From Candidatus Thorarchaeota archaeon (lineage in GTDB: Archaea; Asgardarchaeota; Thorarchaeia; Thorarchaeales; Thorarchaeaceae), in the NCBI GenBank assembly GCA_963726195.1, contig CAVSBO010000017.1, forward strand, positions 1 to 64,000: a stretch of DNA of 64,000 bases. Direction: 5' to 3'. Below, piece after piece: positions 53,191 through 62,236 of this stretch. Position numbers and translations under genes: made by a program. The notes under the pieces are model-generated. The model had not been told where the DNA came from. It did no database searches and saw only the letters and a program-made list of their open reading frames with translations. How positions within the stretch are numbered: the stretch's first letter is position 1; each line of letters opens with the position of its first letter.

Positions 53191-53853
53191 ATGGCACAGA
53201 AGATTCCGTGTCGGGCCGTCATTTTCGACTTTGACGGTACACTAGCCGACAGCATGCCTTTCCTGGAACGGATTGGTGTTCAAGTCATGATGGAGCACTA
53301 TCCCGTATCCCTTGAAGAAGCGACCAACCAGTATCGGTCCACAACTGGACTGCCCTATGAACAACAGATTAAGCTGAACTTCCCGAATGATGAGCGCAAC
53401 GAGGCCGCAATATCTGAGTTCGAGAAGCTCAAAATCGATTGCATATTCGACCAAGAGCTATTCCCCGACACCGAGTCCACCCTCAAAAGAATCAAGGGCA
53501 TGGGAATAGACGTGTTCGTATCCTCTTCAACATTCCAGTCAACAATAGAGGAGTACTTCAGAACGAAGGGTCTTGCCGGCGTCTTCGTTGAGATACTTGG
53601 TTACAGGCCAGGCTTTGAAAAGGGCGCGCACCACTTCAATCATGTAAAAACGAAGTACGGTATACCTCTCGATGAAGTTGTCTTTGTGGGAGACTCTTTG
53701 AAGGACTATGAGAGGTCCCGGGGCTACTGCAAGTTCATAGCCATGGAGAGGATGTTCACCCGACAAGACTTCAGAAAGGCGGGTCATGCCGGACCAGTGG
53801 TTAAGCAGCTATCTCAGGTCCCACCTTTGCTCAGGACCCTAAGCCCTGCCTGA
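53191..53853 (+). CDS. HAD family hydrolase
   Basis: FDFDGTL, SS, K, FVGDS..D. Confidence 0.92.
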   Translation: MAQKIPCRAVIFDFDGTLADSMPFLERIGVQVMMEHYPVSLEEATNQYRSTTGLPYEQQIKLNFPNDERNEAAISEFEKLKIDCIFDQELFPDTESTLKRIKGMGIDVFVSSSTFQSTIEEYFRTKGLAGVFVEILGYRPGFEKGAHHFNHVKTKYGIPLDEVVFVGDSLKDYERSRGYCKFIAMERMFTRQDFRKAGHAGPVVKQLSQVPPLLRTLSPA

Positions 53854-53885
53854 TTGAAGAAGCTCCTTCTTCTGCCAATCTCCGT

Positions 53886-54713
53886 ATGGCCTATGCGTCA
53901 AGTCCATATGCGCCAAGTAGGCCGTCAGCTTCGCCTTCATCGGGCCGGAGCGTACCAAACATGCCATTGATTAGCATAACTTACGAAACTAAAGACGGAC
54001 TCAAGAATGCAGTCAGCTTCGAAACCGATAGAACTGCCCTCCACGTCGATGGAATTGGCGTCGCTTCGATTGACTTGGCACCGTTGTCTTCTTGCTCCAG
54101 AATTCACACGGTTGATCTCTCTTCGAATGCATTGCGTAACATTGACTTGACACCGTTGGCTTCATGCAGAAAGATAGAACGGCTCTTTCTTGGCGGCAAT
54201 AGACTGCAGACCGTAGAACTTGGCCCTCTCTCCTCATGCCCGAAACTCGAGGTGTTGGAGTTGTCGGATAACATTCTGCAATCCCTTGAACTCGCCCCTC
54301 TCAGCCAGTGCGAATCCTTGGACACAATCGATGTCTCTAGGAACACGTTACAGAAAGTGGACCTCTCACCACTAGCGAAATGCGCCAGTCTGAAGTCCGT
54401 TCAACTCTCTGACAATCAACTGAAGTCAATCGACCTCGGGCCACTATCCGCTTGCACGTTGCTGGAGGACCTCGATTTGGGAGGGAATCAAATTCAGGAG
54501 CTCAACCTTTCACCCCTGTCATCCTGCAAGGCCCTGCGCACAGTAGACCTCGCTAAGAATAAGCTGCGCAATCTGGACCTCACGCCAATCCTGGCCTGCA
54601 CAAAACTCGCAAGACTTGACCTGAGAGACAACATTCTACAGGACTTGGACGTAAGCCCGTTATCCGGAATGACGGAACTCAAGATAATGGGTCTCAGGAG
54701 AAAACGGACCTAG
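53886..54713 (+). CDS. Leucine-rich repeat protein (~9 x 22-aa repeats)
   Basis: Repeats of LDL.PLS.C..L..L.L..N.L. Confidence 0.92.
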   Translation: MAYASSPYAPSRPSASPSSGRSVPNMPLISITYETKDGLKNAVSFETDRTALHVDGIGVASIDLAPLSSCSRIHTVDLSSNALRNIDLTPLASCRKIERLFLGGNRLQTVELGPLSSCPKLEVLELSDNILQSLELAPLSQCESLDTIDVSRNTLQKVDLSPLAKCASLKSVQLSDNQLKSIDLGPLSACTLLEDLDLGGNQIQELNLSPLSSCKALRTVDLAKNKLRNLDLTPILACTKLARLDLRDNILQDLDVSPLSGMTELKIMGLRRKRT

Positions 54714-54809
54714 TATTCCCGAGGCCATGCAATCGTATCAGACATACTCAGTAGGCAACAGAAATCAGATAGATTCTATTCTGAATTGGTCAACACCGAT
54801 CACTGTGTT

Positions 54810-55775
54810 TCATGATTCGGGCTTCGGCTTCACAAGCACTGGACTCGTGGTGACACTGTTCATCTTTTCGAGGGCGTTCCTAATACGAGGGACCAGTTTC
54901 GCAGGCACTGTGATCTTGTTTTCTTCTGGCAGATACTCAAGCACGCGCACGATTTTCTCCAGACTGTTCTTCTTCATTTGCTGACATCTCGCTCCGTTGT
55001 ACGCAGGGATGATTATCTTGTCCGGGTGCGCGGCTTGCAGTTGCTCGACCAGACCGATCTCAGTGGCGAGAATGAACTCCTTGGCTGGCGATTCAGCAAC
55101 TGTCTTCACCATCATTCCTGTGGAGCCGACCATGTCAGATGCCTCTTGAACTTCCAACGGACATTCAGGGTGGGCAATGATGACAGCATTCGGATGCTCC
55201 TCTCTCAACAGCTCAATCTGGGCCACGTCAAACTGTTGGTGAACGTAGCAATGCCCTTTGGGCTCAATGTCAATGACTTTTACATTCGTCTTCCTACGAA
55301 CATGCTCAGCCAAGTTCTTGTCTGGTCCAAATAGAACAGTATCAACACCGAGGTTCTGAATTACCTCCACCGCATTTCCAGATGTGCAGATTACATCACA
55401 CTCAGCCTTGGTCTCAGCATCCGTGTTCACATAAACAACCACCGGAACACCGGGGTACTTCTTTCTTACCACACGTATCTTTTTAGGCGTCACGTAGCCA
55501 GCGAGCGGACAAAACGTGTCGGGTGCGGGAATATAGACAGGAACGCCATTCGAGAGAACTGCTGCCATCTCGGCCATGAATCGCACACCCGCGAAGACAA
55601 TCATATCATGCCCTTTGTCAGAGGCGCACTTTTTCGCCAGCTGAAGAGAGTCACCCACAAAGTCAGCTACCTGCTGAATCTCCAACGGTTGGTAGTTGTG
55701 TGCCACAAGGAGCGCGTTTCTCTTCTTCTTGAGCTCGATGACTTTGCTTTGGAGTTCCTTTATGTCGGCACCCAC
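54810..55775 (-). CDS. nadA: Quinolinate synthase
   Basis: AHNYQ, GDSL.L, GVRFMAE, YVNT, CTS.NA, PDKNL, C.VH, AHPEC, TE.G, C..MK. Confidence 0.96.
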   Translation of the reverse strand: MGADIKELQSKVIELKKKRNALLVAHNYQPLEIQQVADFVGDSLQLAKKCASDKGHDMIVFAGVRFMAEMAAVLSNGVPVYIPAPDTFCPLAGYVTPKKIRVVRKKYPGVPVVVYVNTDAETKAECDVICTSGNAVEVIQNLGVDTVLFGPDKNLAEHVRRKTNVKVIDIEPKGHCYVHQQFDVAQIELLREEHPNAVIIAHPECPLEVQEASDMVGSTGMMVKTVAESPAKEFILATEIGLVEQLQAAHPDKIIIPAYNGARCQQMKKNSLEKIVRVLEYLPEENKITVPAKLVPRIRNALEKMNSVTTSPVLVKPKPES

Positions 55776-56170
55776 AACAGCTCACCATTGTCTACTTGTC
55801 AAATCCGCTATTAACAGAAGCTCATTGGGCAAAGCTCGTTATCGGTGGCAGCCGATGGCAACGATTGCATGCTTCCAAATTCACATCGCATTGAACGCCG
55901 ACACTGCTTGGAGGCCAATCGCGCGAATCGAGCACCATCCTTGTGTTGAAAGCTCTAAATATAAAGGGCAGCTCATGCAGAAGGACATAACAGGCGAGAC
56001 CGTGTTGCTCTTGAGGACCATTAGGTATACACTCACTCTCCTTGTGTCTGAGGGCATAGTCTCGAAGCAGTTGTCCTTCAGGGATAGTCGGCAAGGTCTT
56101 TACAGAGTAAACAACGATACGCAAGACTCGAGCTGGCATTCAAAGCAAACTGTGAGTCCGTGATTCCAAG

Positions 56171-58312
56171 ATGAGCACGAAAGTCAAAACACCGCAAATT
56201 GACAACAAGCTGATTGCAGGAGCGTTCACGAAGGCCGCTTCCGATGTTGCCAATGTAGCACGTGGCAAAACCATCGGCGAAGGCAAAGGTCTCTTTGGTG
56301 AACCTCGGGAGCTCCTCGTCTTTGAGATGGCTCGTGCGTCAGGAGTGAAGCAAGACTTGCTGCCGCTCGGAGCCAAGGCACATGAGCGGCTGTTGGCAAT
56401 CTTTAGGGATAATCTGCCTGACGCAGAGCGACCTGGAATTCAAGAGAGTTCGACGCTATGCCTTTATGGACTCGTTCTGAACAACTACGATGAGGAGGAC
56501 TTCAGGTATCTCTACCGGTACCTCCTCTACAACTGGAAGGACCAAGAGCAGTGTGAGAAATGGGCACACAAAGCTCTCGTGTTTCTTGGATTGGTAAAGA
56601 ACCTGTCAGATAGAGAGCTGTTCCAAGATATCGTTGACTGGATGAGGTTTCTCGGCACGCCGTCATGGAACCCGACCGTCTTTGTGAGCGCATGTGCTGA
56701 ATTCGGCGTTGACATTTCCTCCATCATGTCGGAGGACGACATGAGGTTCATCGACAGCATCAGGCGTCGCCCTCAGTACCTCGAAGAAGCAGTGACGGGC
56801 AAGACCTATCATGAGGCGCGTGTTGCATCCCGAGACTGGGTTCCAGATAGCATGTCCTCCAAGATGCTTGCTATTTATCAGAAGCGGGCATATGAAGACG
56901 CACAACGAAGAATCGCAAAAGACGAGAGCATACAACAGTCCTTCGAATCTGTAAGAACGTCATTCGAACAATCCAAGTTTCTCAGCGACGATGGTACACC
57001 ATTGCCAGTCCGGCTTCAGGAATTGCCTGCACCCCCGATGGCGGAAGCAATAGACCCGACTGTGTTTGAGCTCATTCCACAGAAACTGAGAGTCGATCTG
57101 CTCTCATCTGTGGCGTATTCCACTCGGACCAAGAGCATTGAGATTATCTTCATAGGTGGGCCTCGAATAGGACGCAGTGGCATCATCATCAAGACGGACA
57201 CTGGCGGAGTCCTCCTCGACTTCGGTTTGTCTGTCGCCAACCAAAAGGTGCCAGAATGGGTGCCCGAGCTGGAAATGATTGACAGTGTCATCATATCACA
57301 TGCGCACCTCGACCATGTTGGGGGGCTTCCTATTCTCTACGAACACTATGATGGAAAATGGTGCTCTGCTGGTGTCACCGGTGCAATCAGCATGGCATTG
57401 CTCGAAGACGCAATGAGTCTGGGCTCAGGGGAATTCTCCAGAAAGGACGACAGACACGAGGACATGATGCAGTTCAGTTCGGCGACGAGTTTGACCAAGG
57501 TATCAAAGAACCACGTTCGCCTTGAGATTGGTAAGAGTGCTGAAGTGGGCCCCGGCATCGTCGTCACACCGATTGATGCCTGTCACATCCCGGGGAGCGC
57601 AGCCTACCTTCTCGATATCGAGGGGGTAAGGCTTCTCTACACTGGCGATTTCAATACCGACCAGTCGATCCTGTTTCCGGGCTCAAACCTACCGGTAGAC
57701 AGTAGGGTGACAATGCTAGACGGAACCTATTGGGGTCGCGAGGACTTCAATCGTCCTAAGGTAGCGGAGACCATCACAGATGTCGTGAACAAGCATGGTC
57801 CCGTAATTATTCCAAGTTTCGCGGTAGGCCGCTCCCAAGAAGTGCTTATGATGTTGGAAGCGCTTGGCGTGACTCAAAGAAGAAACGTAATCGTTTCAGG
57901 TCTCGCGGAACGTGTGACCAAGCTGGTCGGGCTTACGGGTCACTGGCAAGCAATGAGAAAGAACAAAACTGTGCTTGAGAAGGAGGACATCTTGGTTGCT
58001 GGTGGAGGGATGCTTGGCGGCGGACTCGCTAGGCAGCACTTCAGAGAACAATGCAACAATCCTGACGCGGCGGTAATATTGTGCGGATACCTCGCCCCGA
58101 GGACTCCGGGCTGGAATCTCCTCAAGGGGTATGAACCTCACCAATGTAAAGTAGAGTACGCCCGGCTCAGCGCTCACTCCTCGGCAAGCAAACTGGAGAA
58201 ATATGTCAATTCGTGTACTGGACAAAGGATAATGGTGCATACGCCGGCTAAGACAGCTCCTGACGGGGTCACCATACCGGATTACAGAACGAGAGTTGTG
58301 ATTGCCACCTAG
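56171..58312 (+). CDS. MBL/beta-CASP nuclease with ~320-aa N-terminal helical extension
   Basis: IGRSG, LLDFG, SHAHLDHVG, HIPGS, YTGDF, PSFAVGRSQE, LSAHS, MVH. Confidence 0.88.
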   Translation: MSTKVKTPQIDNKLIAGAFTKAASDVANVARGKTIGEGKGLFGEPRELLVFEMARASGVKQDLLPLGAKAHERLLAIFRDNLPDAERPGIQESSTLCLYGLVLNNYDEEDFRYLYRYLLYNWKDQEQCEKWAHKALVFLGLVKNLSDRELFQDIVDWMRFLGTPSWNPTVFVSACAEFGVDISSIMSEDDMRFIDSIRRRPQYLEEAVTGKTYHEARVASRDWVPDSMSSKMLAIYQKRAYEDAQRRIAKDESIQQSFESVRTSFEQSKFLSDDGTPLPVRLQELPAPPMAEAIDPTVFELIPQKLRVDLLSSVAYSTRTKSIEIIFIGGPRIGRSGIIIKTDTGGVLLDFGLSVANQKVPEWVPELEMIDSVIISHAHLDHVGGLPILYEHYDGKWCSAGVTGAISMALLEDAMSLGSGEFSRKDDRHEDMMQFSSATSLTKVSKNHVRLEIGKSAEVGPGIVVTPIDACHIPGSAAYLLDIEGVRLLYTGDFNTDQSILFPGSNLPVDSRVTMLDGTYWGREDFNRPKVAETITDVVNKHGPVIIPSFAVGRSQEVLMMLEALGVTQRRNVIVSGLAERVTKLVGLTGHWQAMRKNKTVLEKEDILVAGGGMLGGGLARQHFREQCNNPDAAVILCGYLAPRTPGWNLLKGYEPHQCKVEYARLSAHSSASKLEKYVNSCTGQRIMVHTPAKTAPDGVTIPDYRTRVVIAT

Positions 58313-58330
58313 ATGTTGTTTCTATATTCT

Positions 58331-60283
58331 TTAAGCAACGACATCCAGCACGCCATCGAGGACTAGCTTGGTTGCTACGTATTTCATTGCTTGTAAACTC
58401 ACACCTACCCTGTGGACAACGTCCTCCAAGGTTGAAGTGCCATCGCAAAGGTCGACAAACCTGACCACCACAGCTCCATAGGCTTTCCTGTCATCCTCTC
58501 CCACGTCACGCAGCTTTCTCAGAACACTCGTTGGCCCTATCTCGATCTTGAAGTCCACCCATCCGTATTTCTCCATGATCTGGAGGCACCCAATAACCAT
58601 GTCCCGGGGGATACCTAGAGCTCTGACGAGACCTCCTACCGTTTTTGTACCATCGATAGCGCCCCTAACCTGCACAATCACCTTTCCCAGTTCCCTATTG
58701 TTGAAGGGCAGCGGCCGTCCGGATGGTTTTGAGCGCACAACGTAGTCGAGATTCACCGGCCTTAGCGGGAATGGCGCAAGAAGCTGGAAGACGGAAGTCT
58801 CGAATCTCGATATATCTCCGTCCCACTTTGACCAAACATCCTCGTAGTCTTGTTCTATGTCATGGAGCGCAGAACTCATGGCAGATCTCTGGGCATCCTC
58901 GTCGTTGTTGTTTGTTACGATTATGGCTGCTACGAAATGAGGAGACTTCTCGACAATCACCAGATTCCCTTCGTGCTCGATGGTTTCGAGTGCGTCAGTC
59001 CTTTGAGCATCATCGCTTGGCTCCTTATCTATTCCACCAAACGAGTCAAGCGCCGATATGAGAGATACCACAGATGTTGGGTCTATGTCAGGCGTGGTAT
59101 AACTGATATAGTAGACGATTTGGAAACTCTCCGCCTGTTGCAGAATGAACAATAGGTGAAGAACTCTGGCAGGCTGCTTTCCCGGTTCGATAATTGCCTC
59201 CTCAATTGCGTGTGTAGAGGGGCCTATTTCGTCACTCTCGTCCCATTCCAGTGACTCAGGATCTCCCTCGGTCGCCACTGTAGGGACTTCTTTCTGCGCG
59301 ACCTGACCATCCTCTTGGTAAGGCACGTTCTCGAATCCGGGTCGGGCACGTGGCGCTTTGCCCCCTTTCGGAACCTCTAGCTCTTCCGTCTTGCGCCTGA
59401 CAGTAATCATCTCGCTGAGAGGCCTATCTGGCAACTGTATTCCAACGGTCTTTGCTGAAACCTCAAGCATGAAACGAATGAACTCTTCCCTCCGCGTCTT
59501 GTCGGTTGCAACCATGGGAAAAGTGGGAGCACCGAGCAGACGCTTGATTTTGTCGGCCTTCATCGACTCAGGAAGATCCTGCTTGTTGGCAACGATGAAA
59601 ATCGGAGTTGAAGAGGCCTCCTTCCTAATACTTCGAAGGAGAGTCTTTGTGTTCATCACATTCCTGAAACTCGAATCAGTGACCAAGAATATGACGTCTG
59701 TACCTTGGAAGTAGAATCCCCAAAGGTCTTGGAAGACTGCCTGTCCCGCGAAGTCCCATATTGTTACAAGGAAGGTGCCGAACTGAATGGTCTCAGACGA
59801 ATCAACGGCCACACTTATCGTGGGAACGTAGCCGCCGGGTGCGGGTTCCTTCCCGAAGAGCAATCGGAGTAGTGTGCTCTTTCCGACACCACCAGCTCCC
59901 ACGAAACTCACCTTGAATCTAGTGAATATGAGCTCTCCAAGTATATCCTCAAGGTTGTCTCGAATATAGCTCATACTGTTCCCACGCAAAGCAGTCGTGA
60001 TTCTTCCTGCACTCTCTCGGACCTTGTGATTGATGACTCTGTCTTCGTCCCTTCCGTCAGTGACGAATATCAGAAGGAGGTTATCACCCACGGGGCTGTG
60101 GAACGCCTTGTTCTGCCCAACGTAGATTGGTGTGTCCGATGAGATCCCTTGAGTGGTCATCAGATCCTTGTAGCCCGCAAGGAACTCTTTGATGTCCGAA
60201 TCTGTGAATTCTATCCTCCAGAACCGGGTCCTGACCACAACGCTTCCATCTGTCTTGTCAATGAGAATCACGTTGTGTATCAT
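58331..60283 (-). CDS. Longin - Arf/Ras-like small GTPase - longin - 2x winged-helix protein
   Basis: G1 GAGGVGKST, G2 YVPT, G3 WDFAGQ, G4 NKQD, G5 VAT. Flanking longin-like segments and DGT.T...L....G repeats. Confidence 0.85.
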   Translation of the reverse strand: MIHNVILIDKTDGSVVVRTRFWRIEFTDSDIKEFLAGYKDLMTTQGISSDTPIYVGQNKAFHSPVGDNLLLIFVTDGRDEDRVINHKVRESAGRITTALRGNSMSYIRDNLEDILGELIFTRFKVSFVGAGGVGKSTLLRLLFGKEPAPGGYVPTISVAVDSSETIQFGTFLVTIWDFAGQAVFQDLWGFYFQGTDVIFLVTDSSFRNVMNTKTLLRSIRKEASSTPIFIVANKQDLPESMKADKIKRLLGAPTFPMVATDKTRREEFIRFMLEVSAKTVGIQLPDRPLSEMITVRRKTEELEVPKGGKAPRARPGFENVPYQEDGQVAQKEVPTVATEGDPESLEWDESDEIGPSTHAIEEAIIEPGKQPARVLHLLFILQQAESFQIVYYISYTTPDIDPTSVVSLISALDSFGGIDKEPSDDAQRTDALETIEHEGNLVIVEKSPHFVAAIIVTNNNDEDAQRSAMSSALHDIEQDYEDVWSKWDGDISRFETSVFQLLAPFPLRPVNLDYVVRSKPSGRPLPFNNRELGKVIVQVRGAIDGTKTVGGLVRALGIPRDMVIGCLQIMEKYGWVDFKIEIGPTSVLRKLRDVGEDDRKAYGAVVVRFVDLCDGTSTLEDVVHRVGVSLQAMKYVATKLVLDGVLDVVA

Positions 60284-60377
60284 TTCGTGGGGCCACCTCT
60301 GGCTTTAGTCTCAATGTGGAGTGCTGCAGCTCATGCTCGTCCTAGGTACCCACAGTAATTCCAGATAAAGAAATCCT

Positions 60378-62096
60378 CTATGGAGGCTTGAGTGCACCTG
60401 CGAGGTCAGTATCGAAACCAACAATCCAACGCTGATGGAGCTGGGAGAAGACTGTCACTAGCACGTTAGTGGCAATGCCTGTCGCCTTCGCAATATCCTC
60501 GATGGAGTGCTTGCCATCGACGAGCCGCACTATCTCTTTCAGGTGAGAGAACAGACCGCAGAGATCCTGTTCTGGTTCAGCAAGAAGCAGTGGAACATCC
60601 TTTGAGTTTAGGATAGGCTTCGCCTTGATGGCGCCCATCGCCTTCAGAAGATGCACGGCCCCAAGAACCATTACAGGTCCTCCTTTTCCCACAAGCTGTG
60701 ACATCGTTTTCTTACCGTCGAGACTGTCCCAGACCGCGTTCAGGAAGTCTCGAACTGAAGGATCTCGAAACCTATCCCAGTTTGGCTCTTCCACTTTGTA
60801 TGGAGCCATACGCGACCCCAAGTGCTCCGGCGGAAGAGTGGCCAAGAGCTTAATCGTGAATGCAGGTGCCTCATATTGATCGTTTGGATTGACGCCTTGG
60901 TCAGGTGCCTCATCAAAGTAAAGGTCAGGAAGAAAGGAAAAGCGAGAACGAATGGACTCCACATCTTCCTTGTCTCCTGTTATTAGAGTGAAAATCAGAT
61001 TCTCTCTCTCTATAATGGCATACTTGAGATCACCGGTTTGAAAGACCGAGGTTCGATTTGGGCTAGCTGGGTCAAGATGAAACATCGAAATAGCAGCCAC
61101 CACGTTTGGTGCACGTTCAAGCACTTTCGAGCTGGGCTCGTAGTAATAAGTGAACACTGGCGTACCAGTCTCTTTGTCAATCACAAAGAAAGCCTGATGA
61201 CCCAATGCCTTCGCTTTTGGTAAGATGCGACTGGGACTCCAGTCAATGCTTTCATCAACAAGCCAGGTACTAAATGCAACATCAGGCTCTACGGTTATCA
61301 CTCCGCACACTTGCAGCAGTGAGAGCAGAAGACGAGAGGGCTTGTCCGGCGGGCAACTGCACATCCTTGCATCAAACTGAGTCTGAAACTGCCGCACCAA
61401 CTCAAGCTGATCCTGTGAACCGGGCACCAGGGCAACAGGGACGGAGGAATTCCTCTTGATGCGTTCGAGGAGCCTTCCAAGCGATTCCTTTGATGGAAGC
61501 GGCGGGCCAACGATTATGGCCATCCCATCTATCTCTTTGAGGTCTGTCGACCAGTTGGCAGCAGGAACTTCCCTTTCGTCAATACGCTTCACTTTCACGA
61601 CAAATGGACCTATTGAAACAGGGCGCAGGAAACGGTCCGGCAAGGCTAACCGCTGAATCAGGTTGGCCACAGTCATGGCCAACTTGTTCCCGGGCTGGGG
61701 GTTTTCCGGGCCGACAAAGCATATTGAAACGTTCTTCCTAAGGCAGGCATCCACGAGCTTGGGAAAGGAGCCTCGAGCCTCTCTCCCGGAGCTCTCGGTG
61801 ACTCTTCTTCTAAACGCCGCCTCAAGCATTCTAACCTTGCCTAGGTCATCGGCCGTAACAGTCGGTAAGTCGCTCACTCCAATCAGAATAGCGTTCTCAC
61901 CTGTCGGACAGAATGTTACGCCTCGATCGCCGAACGAGAACGAGCTGAATCCGATCACAGACTCTGACTGCACCAACTCATAGTACCTGTCGACCACGGC
62001 CTTAATCAGCTCCTGGTCTGTTTCTGCACGGAGAAACGAACCAGATGCAACAACCCTTGAAGCTTGAAGGTCGTAGAGATAGGCTGCTGCTATCAA
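60378..62096 (-). CDS. Paralogue of the downstream gene: longin - pseudo-GTPase - longin - 2x winged-helix
   Basis: Collinear similarity to 58331-60283 with degenerate G motifs, FFVIDKETGTPVF longin start, DGKKT/DGKHS wHTH repeats. Confidence 0.7.
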   Translation of the reverse strand: MIAAAYLYDLQASRVVASGSFLRAETDQELIKAVVDRYYELVQSESVIGFSSFSFGDRGVTFCPTGENAILIGVSDLPTVTADDLGKVRMLEAAFRRRVTESSGREARGSFPKLVDACLRKNVSICFVGPENPQPGNKLAMTVANLIQRLALPDRFLRPVSIGPFVVKVKRIDEREVPAANWSTDLKEIDGMAIIVGPPLPSKESLGRLLERIKRNSSVPVALVPGSQDQLELVRQFQTQFDARMCSCPPDKPSRLLLSLLQVCGVITVEPDVAFSTWLVDESIDWSPSRILPKAKALGHQAFFVIDKETGTPVFTYYYEPSSKVLERAPNVVAAISMFHLDPASPNRTSVFQTGDLKYAIIERENLIFTLITGDKEDVESIRSRFSFLPDLYFDEAPDQGVNPNDQYEAPAFTIKLLATLPPEHLGSRMAPYKVEEPNWDRFRDPSVRDFLNAVWDSLDGKKTMSQLVGKGGPVMVLGAVHLLKAMGAIKAKPILNSKDVPLLLAEPEQDLCGLFSHLKEIVRLVDGKHSIEDIAKATGIATNVLVTVFSQLHQRWIVGFDTDLAGALKPP

Positions 62097-62236
62097 GTCC
62101 TTGTGGTCCTCCTAGAGTGACAGGAATGTCTGAGTTCGAAGCACTAGTCCTGAACGCCAAACCTACATGAAACTTGCTCATGACACTTTCTCCTCTGTTC
62201 AAATGCACAATTGGGTTCAGAAAGGCACATGTGCCC

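Noticed and set aside
54040-54680. 66-bp periodicity as a DNA repeat array
   Set aside because: It is fully explained by the 22-aa leucine-rich repeats of the CDS.
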